Source of the DNA: Patescibacteria group bacterium
GTDB taxonomy: Bacteria > Patescibacteriota > UBA1384 > XYA2-FULL-43-10 > 1-14-0-10-43-13
Assembly (NCBI GenBank): GCA_041649155.1
Contig: JBAZNP010000001.1
Span: forward strand, 430,564-494,563
Direction: 5' to 3'
Length of the DNA: 64,000 nucleotides
Shown: positions 30,655-40,336 of the stretch, piece by piece
How positions within the stretch are numbered: the first letter of the stretch is position 1
Layout of the letters: the number at the start of each line of letters is the position of its first letter
The notes under the pieces: model-generated
Databases searched by the model: none
Told to the model about the DNA's origin: nothing
What the model saw: only the letters and a program-made list of their open reading frames with translations
Position numbers and translations under genes: made by a program

Positions 30655-31842
30655 ATGAAAATTGGAATTTTTACAGAATGTTATTTGCCGGTGATGAATG
30701 GGGTAGTTGTTTCGGTTGAAACATTTAAAAAGGCCCTAGAAGAAAGGGGCCATGAGGTTTTTATATTCGCACCGGAGCATCCTGAAGCGGAGGATCAAAA
30801 AAATGTTTATCGATTTCCTTCAATTACCGATCCGAAGGGACGGCTTTATCCGATATTATTTCCATCGGTGGAAGTTGAAAAAATCTATCTGCCAGAAGAA
30901 GTGATAAGGGATTTAGACATTGTACATGCGCAACATATGTTCACTGCCGGAAGACTGGCTCGATATGTAGCTAAAAAATATGACAAGCCTTTGGTCTACA
31001 CTTATCACACATTAATTGCAGAATATACCCACTATGCAGGCATATTTTCTTCAGTAGTTCGAGCTTATCTCAAGAATATGTCCAAGCGTTTTTGTAATAC
31101 TTGCGACCAAATTGTTACTCCTTCAAAATCAATGAAGAAAATATTGCTAGAATATGGAGTAAAAACTCCTATTGGTGTTGTGATGACAGGAATTGAACCT
31201 AAAAACTATAAGCATCGAGAGAGCTCTGATATTCGAAAAAAATATAATATTCCGGAAGGCGATAAAATTTGCTTGTATTTATCACGAATTGCTAAGGAAA
31301 AAAATCTTGATTTTCTTTTTAAGGCATTTGTAAAAATCAAAAAAGCCTATCCAAAATGCCATTTACTTATGGTCGGCGGGGGACCGGAGGAGAGGTGGTG
31401 CAAGGACAGAATTAAGGAATTAAAAATTCAAAAATCAGTCACATTGACCGGAATGTTACCTAAAGAGGAAGCTAATAAAGCCTTTGGTTTGGCTGATTTA
31501 TTCACCTTTCCGTCATATACAGAAACTCAAGGAATTGTAGTGGCTGAGGCAATGGCATCAGGCACACCTCCGGTAGCAGTTGGGAAAATGGGGCCGACTG
31601 ATTTGATACACGATGGCAAAGATGGTTATTTGACTAAGCTCAATATTAAAGATTTTGCAGACAAGACGGTGAAGCTCTTAAAAGACGATGAATTACGGGA
31701 AAATTTTGCTAAAGAAGGTCTTTCAAGGGTTGATGAATTTTCAACTGAAACTTCTGTTGATGACATGTTGAAAATTTATGAGAAGGTTGTGAGAGAAAAG
31801 AAGATTCAGAACGAAGAAGCTCTGCTCAGAGAAGCAAGCTAG
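30655..31842 (+). CDS. GT4-family glycosyltransferase
   Basis: GT-B fold motifs MKIGIFTE.YLP..NGV and C-terminal E.QGIVV.EAMASGTP....GP.DLI.DG.DG. Confidence 0.75.
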   Translation: MKIGIFTECYLPVMNGVVVSVETFKKALEERGHEVFIFAPEHPEAEDQKNVYRFPSITDPKGRLYPILFPSVEVEKIYLPEEVIRDLDIVHAQHMFTAGRLARYVAKKYDKPLVYTYHTLIAEYTHYAGIFSSVVRAYLKNMSKRFCNTCDQIVTPSKSMKKILLEYGVKTPIGVVMTGIEPKNYKHRESSDIRKKYNIPEGDKICLYLSRIAKEKNLDFLFKAFVKIKKAYPKCHLLMVGGGPEERWCKDRIKELKIQKSVTLTGMLPKEEANKAFGLADLFTFPSYTETQGIVVAEAMASGTPPVAVGKMGPTDLIHDGKDGYLTKLNIKDFADKTVKLLKDDELRENFAKEGLSRVDEFSTETSVDDMLKIYEKVVREKKIQNEEALLREAS

Positions 31843-32075
31843 CGATTATTGAGAATACCTTCTGTTTCTTTTGAAACAAATCGGTTTATCAAATCTCTTT
31901 GATCCATGTTCGTTGTATCTATTCCCAGCGATTCAAGATGATCCTTAACCTCCCGAACTTTTTTTGATCTTTCTTCATTTGGCATTTTGTCTAGCTTTCC
32001 GTTCATCTCTTCAATTTCCTGCTCTTTCGCGGACAAGACTTCATTTATTTGTGAGAAACCATTTTCTATGCCCAT
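31839..32075 (-). CDS. Small coiled-coil hypothetical protein (78 aa)
   Basis: ORF with charged heptad character, convergent with the GT4 gene. Weak support. Confidence 0.3.
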   Translation of the reverse strand: MGIENGFSQINEVLSAKEQEIEEMNGKLDKMPNEERSKKVREVKDHLESLGIDTTNMDQRDLINRFVSKETEGILNNR

Positions 32076-32221
32076 TTTTCTCCTTATTTTAATTTCTTAA
32101 ATTATAACAAAAAATATTATTTAAGTTTATTGAATTAACATTATTGACATATTTTTGTGGAAATGTTACCTTACATGTAATAGCACATAAGCGTATAAGC
32201 TAATAAGTAGTAAGCAAAATT

Positions 32222-32428
32222 ATGAAAAACATTTCAACAAACAAATTGCAAAATGAATTATCAAAAGTGATTAAGGAAGTTGAGGGTGGGGAAGTCTATC
32301 AGGTGGCACGATATTCAAAACCGGTGGCTTATCTTGTTTCGCGTGAAAAATACGAAGACTTGATTAATAAGAGCAGCTGTAAAGAGTGTATGGAAGACCT
32401 CAGGAAGATAACAAAAAAATTGACCTAG
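32222..32428 (+). CDS. Phd/YefM-family antitoxin-like protein (orphan)
   Basis: ISTNKLQNELSKVIKEVEGGEVYQVARYSKPVAYLVSREKYEDL follows the Phd/YefM N-terminal pattern. No toxin ORF is adjacent. Confidence 0.4.
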   Translation: MKNISTNKLQNELSKVIKEVEGGEVYQVARYSKPVAYLVSREKYEDLINKSSCKECMEDLRKITKKLT

Positions 32429-32477
32429 CTATCATTTTAATTTTCAATTTAAATTATAAATTAGTAAATTTTAAATT

Positions 32478-33656
32478 ATGAATATATATTTAGATAATGC
32501 GGCGACTACAAATATTGATCCGAAAGTAGTTGAGGCGATGAATAAATCGTACCAATTTTTTGGTAATCCATCTTCTTTGCATACTTTTGGACAGGAGGCC
32601 AGAAAATTGGTTGACCAGTCTCGAGACACAGTGGCGGAATTTTTGAATTGCAAACCAACTGAAGTGATTTTTACATCAGGTGGAAGCGAATCGGATAATT
32701 TGGCGATCAGAGGAATAGTTAACAGTATACAGATAACAGATAACAGTATAAAACCACATGTTATTACTAGTGCGATTGAGCATCATGCGGTTTTGCATAC
32801 GGTACAGGATCTGGAAAAGGCCGGTAAAATTGAGGCAACTTATGTCAAACCGAATGAAAAAGGCATTATTCAGGTATCTGACGTTGAAGCGGCAATAAAG
32901 CCAAACACTGTTTTGGTTTCAATAATGTATGTGAATAATGAAGTTGGAACGGTTCAGCCAATTCGGGAAATCGGTAAAATTATTGAAAAAGAAAATAAAG
33001 ACAGAAAAGTACGAATATATTTTCACACTGACGCGGTGCAGGCTGCGGAATTTTTCAATATGGATACAAAATATTTGCACGTTGATCTTCTGACTCTTAC
33101 AGCTCACAAATTTCATGGTCCGAAAGGGATTGGGGTTTTATTTATAAAAAAAGGAACGCCGATTGAGCCGCAAATTATTGGTGGCGACCATGAGTTTAGA
33201 TTTAGAGCAGGAACGGAAAATGTAAGTTCAATAGTCGGTCTTAAGACCGTTATTGAGCTGGTAGAAGGTAGAAGGAAGAAGGTGGAGGGAATTAAGAAAT
33301 TAAGGGACAAATTGGAGGATTGGATATTAAAAAATATACTGGAAACGTATTTAAATGGTGATAAGGAGAATCGAAGCCCGGTCATTTCCAATATTAGTTT
33401 TAAGAATGCTGAGGGCGAGGCGATAATTTTAAATTTGGATTTTATGGGAATTGCTGTGTCGTCCGGTTCAGCCTGTACAGCCAGAAGTCTTGATCCGAGT
33501 CATGTTTTGATGGCGATGAACACGCCGCGTGAGTTGTCACATGGTGCAATTAGATTTTCTCTAAGTCGGGAGACAACAGAAGAAGAAATTGACAGGGTTA
33601 TTGAAGTGCTTCCTGGTATTATAAAAAAATTAAGGGAGATGAGCCCTTTTGGATAA
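32478..33656 (+). CDS. Cysteine desulfurase (NifS/IscS class V aminotransferase)
   Basis: FTSGGSESDN, PLP-lysine region LLTLTAHKFHGPKGIG and active-site SSGSACT. An in-frame ACAGATAACAG-type insertion lies at about 32720-32752 (NSIQITDNSIKPH). Confidence 0.85.
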   Translation: MNIYLDNAATTNIDPKVVEAMNKSYQFFGNPSSLHTFGQEARKLVDQSRDTVAEFLNCKPTEVIFTSGGSESDNLAIRGIVNSIQITDNSIKPHVITSAIEHHAVLHTVQDLEKAGKIEATYVKPNEKGIIQVSDVEAAIKPNTVLVSIMYVNNEVGTVQPIREIGKIIEKENKDRKVRIYFHTDAVQAAEFFNMDTKYLHVDLLTLTAHKFHGPKGIGVLFIKKGTPIEPQIIGGDHEFRFRAGTENVSSIVGLKTVIELVEGRRKKVEGIKKLRDKLEDWILKNILETYLNGDKENRSPVISNISFKNAEGEAIILNLDFMGIAVSSGSACTARSLDPSHVLMAMNTPRELSHGAIRFSLSRETTEEEIDRVIEVLPGIIKKLREMSPFG

Positions 33657-33795
33657 ATATTGTTATATTGTTGCATTGTTATATTGTTAACCGCCCCTAA
33701 CCCCTCGCTCCCACCCCCTCTGACTCCCCCTCGGGCAGGGGGAGAACCGCTTGAAAAGGAGGGGAACAATAAAGCAATATAGCAATATAATTTTA
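33655..33795. repeat. MITE-like element with ATATTGTTAT / CAATATAGCAAT inverted ends and a CTCCCCCT-CGGGC-AGGGGGAG hairpin core
   Basis: The ends are reverse complements. Same family as 44581-44670, 48876-48915/49280-49320, 52496-52615 and 53440-53535. Confidence 0.65.
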
Positions 33796-33806
33796 CGGAG
33801 TAAATT

Positions 33807-34196
33807 ATGGAACAATATACAGAAAAAGTAATGGATCACTTTGCTAACCCTCGTAACGTGGGTGAGATTAAGGATGCTGACGGTGTCGGGGAAGTTGGTA
33901 ATCTTAAGTGTGGTGACGTTATGAAAATTTATATTAAAGTGGAGAGTAGAGCTGGTGAAGAGTACATTGAAGATATAAAATTTAAGACTTTAGGCTGTGC
34001 AGCTGCCATTGCGTCTTCTTCGATGACTACCGAGCTGGCAAGAGGAAAAAAATTGGATGAAGCTCTGAAGATTTCCAAAGACGATATTAATGAAGCATTG
34101 GGCAAACTTCCCGCACCAAAATACCATTGCTCAATATTGGCGGCAGAAGGAATTAAAAAAGCAATCGAAGATTATAAATCAAAAAAGAAAGGTTAA
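33807..34196 (+). CDS. Fe-S cluster assembly scaffold protein (NifU/IscU/SufU N-terminal domain type)
   Basis: MDHFANPRNVG...NLKCGDVM...LGCAAAIASSS...YHCS, with three conserved Cys. Confidence 0.75.
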   Translation: MEQYTEKVMDHFANPRNVGEIKDADGVGEVGNLKCGDVMKIYIKVESRAGEEYIEDIKFKTLGCAAAIASSSMTTELARGKKLDEALKISKDDINEALGKLPAPKYHCSILAAEGIKKAIEDYKSKKKG

Positions 34197-34198
34197 TA

Positions 34199-34999
34199 GT
34201 GGATTTTTTTGACGGAAAAAAGATTAGAGATGAGATAATTAGTGATTTAAAAACAAAAGTTGCTAAGATGGATCGCAAACCTGGCCTAGCTGTTTTTTTG
34301 GTTGGGAATGATGTTGTTTGTGAGAGATATGTTGCTCTAAAGAAGCGTATAGCCGAAAGTATTGGTATATTTGTTAGAGTTTACAAATATGATGAAAACT
34401 GCGAGCAGAAAGAAATTATAAATAAGATAACTGAACTAAATTCGGACAATACAATCGACGGGATTATGGTTCAAATTCCCATTCCTAAGAATTTTGACAA
34501 ATTTGAGATCATTAACGCAATTAGTCCGGATAAAGATGTTGACGGTCTGCGTTTCTGCGGTGGTTTTCATTCTCATTTCACTCCTCCGGTAGTGCTAGCT
34601 ATTTTGAAAGCGGTTGAATTGGCCAATAAAAATATAGAAGAATGTGAGGTTTTAGTGATAGGCAGAGGCTTTTTGGTCGGCTGGCCTGTTGCTCAGTGTA
34701 TGGAAGAGGCAGTTAAAGGTCTTGTTATTGCTGACAGAAATACAAAAAATTTAAGCTCTATTACTAAAACTGCAGATGTCATTATTTCCGCTACTGGTGA
34801 AGCTGGTCTTATTAAACCTGATATGGTTAAGGACGGCGCGATTTTAATTGATGCCGGCACTGCTGAAGTTGGTGGAGAACTCTTGGGAGACATTGATACT
34901 GAATGTTATGGAAAAGCCTGTTACTACACGCCTGTTCCAGGTGGCATTGGTCCTGTGACTGTGGCGATGCTTTTGAAGAACTTAGTATTGACAAAATAA
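34199..34999 (+). CDS. folD: Bifunctional methylenetetrahydrofolate dehydrogenase / methenyl-THF cyclohydrolase
   Basis: IDG KKIRDEI, GIMVQIPIP, DVDGL, VIGRG..VG.P and PVPGGIGPVTVAML. Confidence 0.8.
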   Translation: MDFFDGKKIRDEIISDLKTKVAKMDRKPGLAVFLVGNDVVCERYVALKKRIAESIGIFVRVYKYDENCEQKEIINKITELNSDNTIDGIMVQIPIPKNFDKFEIINAISPDKDVDGLRFCGGFHSHFTPPVVLAILKAVELANKNIEECEVLVIGRGFLVGWPVAQCMEEAVKGLVIADRNTKNLSSITKTADVIISATGEAGLIKPDMVKDGAILIDAGTAEVGGELLGDIDTECYGKACYYTPVPGGIGPVTVAMLLKNLVLTK

Positions 35000-35037
35000 C
35001 TAAAATATTGTAAGCTGCTTAAGCTTTCGGAGGAATT

Positions 35038-35544
35038 ATGGGAGAAACGTATACGGGAGGTATCTTGGAAGAAGAACTTCTTGGAAGAATTGAGAGTGAA
35101 GGTGAAGTTAGCCTCAAAAATTTAAAAAAATACATCAAATACAGACAAGCTATTGATTTGGTGAAAAAAATTCAACCGAAAGATAGCGATCCGTCAGATC
35201 CAGAGCCATATTTTGCCAGCGATCTTTTTGCGGAGCTGGCCGAAGATTTGGAACTGGAAGATTATGGGAATCTACGGTACTATACGGCGGTTGGGTCCAG
35301 AATGGATTTTTTTCATGGAGTTGATGCTTTCTTTGAATGGGAGCTGGATGATGGGAGGATAGTTCAAGCAACAGTTGATCTCACTATGAATAGCGAAAAA
35401 GAGGATTATAAAGCCGACCTTGTTATTCAGGTGAAAGATGATGATCTTGACCTTGAAAATAATAGAGTGGCCTATAGGGATTTTGTTGTATCGGAGGCAA
35501 AAAAAATTGCAAGTATTCTTCGAATCAGGAGGGATCATATATGA
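35038..35544 (+). CDS. Hypothetical acidic protein (168 aa)
   Basis: No family recognised. Translationally coupled (ATGA overlap) to the next ORF. Confidence 0.4.
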   Translation: MGETYTGGILEEELLGRIESEGEVSLKNLKKYIKYRQAIDLVKKIQPKDSDPSDPEPYFASDLFAELAEDLELEDYGNLRYYTAVGSRMDFFHGVDAFFEWELDDGRIVQATVDLTMNSEKEDYKADLVIQVKDDDLDLENNRVAYRDFVVSEAKKIASILRIRRDHI

Positions 35545-35843
35545 ATGACGATCAGAAGAGTAAACTACTGGGAAGGATTAATCTGCCTTTGCCGGAGGGC
35601 GGCAAACAACCTAATATGTTTGAGCTTGCCAAGCCCTTTGATTACAAGGGCACGATCATCAGATCATTCTGCACGGGCTGCGGAATGATGATAGAAGTTC
35701 AGGAAATCAATGGTTTGGCAGATCTTGCTCATAAAGCAGGAATTACCGGCCAGGAAGATTTATCGGGTAAGTACTTTGAGGCAAAACAATGTCCTATTTG
35801 CAGCAATGATTTTACCGGGGTTGAGTTGAAGGAGATTAAATAA
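35541..35843 (+). CDS. Hypothetical small zinc-ribbon protein (CTGC...CPIC)
   Basis: Two CxxC pairs separated by 39 residues. 4-nt overlap with the upstream ORF. Confidence 0.4.
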   Translation: MNDDQKSKLLGRINLPLPEGGKQPNMFELAKPFDYKGTIIRSFCTGCGMMIEVQEINGLADLAHKAGITGQEDLSGKYFEAKQCPICSNDFTGVELKEIK

Positions 35844-35925
35844 GGAGGATATCATAGGAGCGCCGAATTCGGCGCTCCTATTTGCGTGTAGTGACAAATT
35901 TTGTTAAAAGTGGTATCATTTTTAG

Positions 35926-37086
35926 GTGAAAAAAATAACAGATATAAAATCTAAAAAAATAAAAGTTGCTATCGGCATGTCAGGCGGCGTTGACTCTTCG
36001 GTTGCGGCTAAATTGCTTAAAGATCAAGGCTATGAAGTGGTCGGTTTTATGATGAAACTTTGGCCCGGGTCTGAAATCAAATGTGATAAAGACAATGCTT
36101 GTTGCGATATAGACGGCTTACAGGATGCAAAGAGAATTGCGGCAATTTTAGATATTCCTTTTTATGTTGTTGATGTTAGGGAAAAATTTAAGAAGGAAGT
36201 GGTTGATTATTTCATTGAAGAATATAAAAACTTACGAACTCCTAACCCGTGTGTTAAGTGTAATGAAAAAATTAAATTTGGCTGGCTTCTGGATTTTGCC
36301 AAAAAAACCGGTTGTGATTATTTGGCGACTGGACACTACGCTCGAATTGCGAGCGATTCAGGCAGTTGTCAGTTGTCAGTTGTCAGTTGTCAGAATGGCA
36401 ACACAACTTTTCATCTGTTTAAAGGCAAGGATGAGAACAAGGATCAGTCATATTTTTTATATAGGTTAAATCAAGACCAGCTCAAGCATATTATCTTTCC
36501 TGTTGGCGAATATACCAAAGAGGAAGTGAGAGCGTTAGCAAAAAAGTGGAATTTGCCGGTTCATGAGAAGAAAGAGAGTCAGGAGATTTGTTTTATTCAG
36601 GAAAAAGATTACAGGGATTTTTTAAAGAAAAATATTCCGGCCGATTTTTTTAAGCCAGGTGAAATCGTAGATCTATTCGGAAATATTGTTGGTAAGCACG
36701 AAGGTCTTATTAATTATACGATTGGACAGAGAAGGGGCATCGCGCAAGATACAAGCAACAAGATACAAGATACAAAACCAATGTATGTGATTGGGTATAA
36801 TGTTGAGGAAAATCGGCTAATTGTTGGCGAAGATAAAGATATTTATAAAGATCATATGAATGTTGAAGATGTTCATTTTATTCAGAATCAAGAATCAAGA
36901 ATCAAGAATCAAGAAGATGTGCAGGTAAAAATTCGTTACAGGCACCCTGCGGTTCCTTGTAAGATCATAATTCATAATTCTAAATTCATGATTCAATTCA
37001 ACGAGCCTCAACGGGCGATTACACCAGGCCAAAGTGCGGTTTTTTACGAAGGAGAAGAGGTTCTAGGTGGGGGAATAATACAATAA
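35926..37086 (+). CDS. mnmA: tRNA-specific 2-thiouridylase MnmA with four in-frame low-complexity insertions
   Basis: PP-loop SGGVDSS, NPCVKCN and GHYAR. Insertions: 36363-36388 (CAGTTGT x3.5, giving SCQLSVVSCQ), about 36750-36778 (CAAGATA repeats), 36883-36916 (AATCAAG x4.5) and 36963-36995 (TTCATAA repeats). GTG start. Confidence 0.85.
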   Translation: MKKITDIKSKKIKVAIGMSGGVDSSVAAKLLKDQGYEVVGFMMKLWPGSEIKCDKDNACCDIDGLQDAKRIAAILDIPFYVVDVREKFKKEVVDYFIEEYKNLRTPNPCVKCNEKIKFGWLLDFAKKTGCDYLATGHYARIASDSGSCQLSVVSCQNGNTTFHLFKGKDENKDQSYFLYRLNQDQLKHIIFPVGEYTKEEVRALAKKWNLPVHEKKESQEICFIQEKDYRDFLKKNIPADFFKPGEIVDLFGNIVGKHEGLINYTIGQRRGIAQDTSNKIQDTKPMYVIGYNVEENRLIVGEDKDIYKDHMNVEDVHFIQNQESRIKNQEDVQVKIRYRHPAVPCKIIIHNSKFMIQFNEPQRAITPGQSAVFYEGEEVLGGGIIQ

Positions 37087-37132
37087 TTATTTACAACTCT
37101 AGTTTAAGATAACAGCTAGACATCAATTTTGT

Positions 37133-39283
37133 ATGTTAATTGATACCAAAATTCAATATATAACCGGCGTTGGTCCGAAAATGGCAACAAAACTCAATCG
37201 TCTAGGAATTGAAACTATTTCCGACCTCATTTTTTATTATCCAAGAGCGTACAAAGATTTCACCCAAATCAGCAAGATTGCTGATTTGGGACACCAAAGA
37301 AATTGTGAAGTCACTATCAAAGGTAACATTATCGGTATTGCTAATAAGAAAACCAGCCGAAGACAGTTTACGATTACGGAAGCGATAGTGGAGGATGGCA
37401 CGGGAAGCATCAAAGTTATTTGGTTTAATCAGCCTTTTTTGGCTAAAATGCTTAAGCCTGGTCGGGAAGTAATATTAAACGGCAAAATTGAATACAATTT
37501 TTACTCAAAGGAAATCGTAATGCAGTCTCCGGAAAGGGCAATTTGCGAGAGTATTGTTCCGATATATGGCGAAACAGAAGGGATGTCGAGCAAGTACATT
37601 GGGAAACTAGTCATGAGTATTATGAAGCATGCTTCAAGTATCGAGGAATGGCTACCGGAAAAATTATTGAATGAATATAATCTAATCGGTATTCAAGAGG
37701 CTCTTTTAAATATTCATCAGTCAAAAAACTCGGAAATGTTAGTGCGGGCAAGACAAAGAATCGCTTTTGATGAGCTTTTTATGATTGCTTTACGGGCGAA
37801 TTTGAGCAAAGAGGAGATTAAAAAAGAAAATGCGCCAGAGATAAAAATTGACGATGAGAAAATTGCTGAATTTGTAAAAGGTCTGCCTTTTGAGCTGACA
37901 GATGATCAAAAGAAATCGGCTTGGCAGATTATCAAAGATATTGCTCAAAATAAACCAATGAATCGCTTGTTAAATGGCGACGTGGGAAGTGGCAAAACAG
38001 TTGTGGCTGCAATCGCGGCGTTTGCGGTAGTAAAAGCAGGTTTTCGGGTAGTTTTTATGGTGCCGACGAGCATTCTTGCTAACCAGCACTATCAAACATT
38101 TTGCAAATTGTTTGAGAATAGTGATATTTCGATCGGATTGTTCACGCGAGAACGGCAAGAATTTGAATCACGAATCTCGAATCATGAATCAAGGGATGTT
38201 AAAAAAACACATAATTCAAAATTCATAATTCATAATTCTGACATAATTATCGGTACTCAGGCCTTAATTCAAAAGGGCGTCGAGTTGGAGAACGTTGGAT
38301 TAGTTGTTGTCGACGAACAACATAGGTTCGGCGTAAAACAACGCTCTGCGTTGCTTGAACTGAGAACCTGCCTGCCGGTAGGCGGGCTGACAACTGCTCA
38401 AAAAATGCGTCCTCACTTTTTGAGCATGACTGCTACACCAATTCCCAGAACGTTACATTTAGCTCTGTTTGGTGACTTGGATATTTCTGTGATTTTGCAA
38501 AAACCAGCTGACAGAAAAGAGGTTAAAACGCGGGTTGTTGAAGAAATTAATCGTAACAAAGCCTACGAGTTTATTCGTAAGCAAATTCAAGCTGGAAGAC
38601 AGGCATTCATTATTTGTCCTCTGATCGAGGACAAATCAATTTCTAATGACAAATTTCTAATTTCTAATCAAGTCCCAAATTCCAATAACCAAGAAGCGGA
38701 ACACAAGACGGTTGTGGCTGAGCATGAGAAGCTGAAAAAAATATTTCCGGAATTTAATATTGGAATGTTGCACGGAAAGCTAAAGTCAAAGGAAAAAGAC
38801 GAAATCATGAAGGGTTTTTCTGATAACAAAATAAATATTTTGGTCAGCACATCGGTTGTTGAAGTTGGAATTGATGTGCCAAATGCAACAGTAATGGCTA
38901 TTGAGGATGCAGAGCGCTTTGGTTTGGCACAAATTCACCAGTTCAGAGGGCGGGTTGGAAGATCTGATCATCAGTCATTTTGCTTCCTGTTTTCCTCTAC
39001 AATGAGTCATAAAGCGAGAAAACGTTTAGAGAGCCTAGAGATGACTTCTGACGGATTTCGTTTGGCAGAAATTGATCTGGAGACTCGCGGTCCAGGAGCT
39101 GTGTTTGGCACTGAACAGTCTGGTCTTCTTGATCTGAAAATGGCTGATTTCAGCGACAGAAATTTAATTGAACAGGCAAGCTCGGCTGCAAGGGGGATTG
39201 TCGAAAATGACCCTGAGCTCAAAAAGCATCCTTTGCTAGGGGAGAAGATTTCCAATTTTATACAAAACAAACATTTGGAGTGA
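37133..39283 (+). CDS. recG: ATP-dependent DNA helicase RecG with three in-frame repeat insertions
   Basis: Wedge/helicase motifs GDVGSGKT, DEQHRFGV, SMTATPIPRT and QFRGRVGR. Insertions at 38164-38240 (AATCA/TTCATAA heptamers), 38360-38396 (CTGAGAACCTGCCTGCCGGTAGGCGGGCTGACAACTG, the intergenic MITE core) and 38641-38690 (TTCTAAT repeats). Confidence 0.85.
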   Translation: MLIDTKIQYITGVGPKMATKLNRLGIETISDLIFYYPRAYKDFTQISKIADLGHQRNCEVTIKGNIIGIANKKTSRRQFTITEAIVEDGTGSIKVIWFNQPFLAKMLKPGREVILNGKIEYNFYSKEIVMQSPERAICESIVPIYGETEGMSSKYIGKLVMSIMKHASSIEEWLPEKLLNEYNLIGIQEALLNIHQSKNSEMLVRARQRIAFDELFMIALRANLSKEEIKKENAPEIKIDDEKIAEFVKGLPFELTDDQKKSAWQIIKDIAQNKPMNRLLNGDVGSGKTVVAAIAAFAVVKAGFRVVFMVPTSILANQHYQTFCKLFENSDISIGLFTRERQEFESRISNHESRDVKKTHNSKFIIHNSDIIIGTQALIQKGVELENVGLVVVDEQHRFGVKQRSALLELRTCLPVGGLTTAQKMRPHFLSMTATPIPRTLHLALFGDLDISVILQKPADRKEVKTRVVEEINRNKAYEFIRKQIQAGRQAFIICPLIEDKSISNDKFLISNQVPNSNNQEAEHKTVVAEHEKLKKIFPEFNIGMLHGKLKSKEKDEIMKGFSDNKINILVSTSVVEVGIDVPNATVMAIEDAERFGLAQIHQFRGRVGRSDHQSFCFLFSSTMSHKARKRLESLEMTSDGFRLAEIDLETRGPGAVFGTEQSGLLDLKMADFSDRNLIEQASSAARGIVENDPELKKHPLLGEKISNFIQNKHLE

Positions 39284-39362
39284 ACGAATAAAATGTGATA
39301 AAAATATCGTGGCCGCGCAAAAGTTATCACATTTTTATAGCTTTTTAATTTTTTCTTAATAG

Positions 39363-39908
39363 TTGTCTTTATATGATATCGATGTGGAAAAAGATGAATT
39401 TGATCTCGGTAATTTAGTCGAAAAATATCGCCTTTTGATTGGTGGTGGATTGCTTTCTTTGATCTTGATTGGAGCAGGAATTTTGTTGTGGCAGGAGAAT
39501 TTTGCGAAGCAAAATTCAGAATCAAGAATTACAAATCTTGAATCAAGAATTAATCAACTTGAAGATAAATATAAAGAGTATGAAGTATCTGGTATTAAGT
39601 ATCAGGCAGAGGAACAGGCTTCACAACAAAGTATTCCTGAACAGGGGCAGGTAGCAGGAGCAAGTAGTCAGAATGCAGATAACAGTAAACAGATAACAGC
39701 ATTAGCACCGGTCGGCGGGAAAATTAATATTAATACTGCGAGTGTGACTGAGCTCGATTCGTTATCGGGAATTGGTCCGACTTATGCTCAGCGGATTATC
39801 GATTACAGAAATTCAAATGGTGGTTTTAAGTCAATTGACGAGATCAAGAACGTAAAAGGCATCGGCGACAAGACTTTTGACAAGTTTAAAGATAGGATTA
39901 CGATTTAA
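39363..39908 (+). CDS. comEA: ComEA-family competence protein (membrane anchor plus tandem HhH DNA-binding domain)
   Basis: [22 protein letters not shown]-terminal [55 protein letters not shown]. The linker carries AATCAAG and CAGATAACAG repeat insertions. Confidence 0.7.
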   Translation: MSLYDIDVEKDEFDLGNLVEKYRLLIGGGLLSLILIGAGILLWQENFAKQNSESRITNLESRINQLEDKYKEYEVSGIKYQAEEQASQQSIPEQGQVAGASSQNADNSKQITALAPVGGKININTASVTELDSLSGIGPTYAQRIIDYRNSNGGFKSIDEIKNVKGIGDKTFDKFKDRITI

Positions 39909-39948
39909 CGTTGTAAAAATAGTTGTTTTTGTGTACAATCTCAATATT

Positions 39949-40032
39949 GCGGGTGTGGTGAAATGGTATACACGGCAGTTTTAGGAACTGTTGCCGAAAG
40001 GCGTGGAGGTTCGAGTCCTCTCACCCGCACCA
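39949..40032 (+). tRNA. tRNA-Leu (anticodon TAG), with a long variable arm
   Basis: GCGGGTG acceptor, D-arm, anticodon loop TTTAGGA, long extra arm TGCCGAAAGGCGTG, T-arm GAGGTTCGAGTCCTC and 3' CCA. Folded by eye. Confidence 0.8.
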
Positions 40033-40300
40033 AGAAGAATTTCCAATATTTGGGAGTTCTTTTTGGTATATGCTAATATTTAATTATGAATGATAAAGAT
40101 GATCAAAAACATGATAATTTAGATGAGATTGAGGAAAAGCTGATCCTCGAAGAGCAGGAGAAGAGGAAAATTCCCATGTCTGTCTCAGGCAGGAGCGTTT
40201 TTGAGATCAAACGAATAAAGGATAATAATAAAAAAGATTAAACTCATAATAGATATTTAAAAGGCCGGTGTTCAGCGGGTCTTTTTTTGAGCTTAATATA

Positions 40301-40329
40301 TTGACAAATACTTAAAAATAGTGTATAGT
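40301..40329 (+). promoter_or_regulatory. Canonical sigma70 promoter: TTGACA, 17-nt spacer, TATAGT
   Basis: TTGACA at 40301-40306 and TATAGT at 40324-40329, seen directly. Preceded by a hairpin plus T-run terminator at about 40264-40290. Confidence 0.55.
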
Positions 40330-40336
40330 CTAGGCA

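Noticed and set aside
40264-40292. Hairpin GGCCGG-TGTTCAG-CGGGTC plus T7 as a strong terminator
   Set aside because: The stem has a G-G mismatch and one G-U pair. It is kept only as a weak terminator mention within the island description and not listed as a feature.
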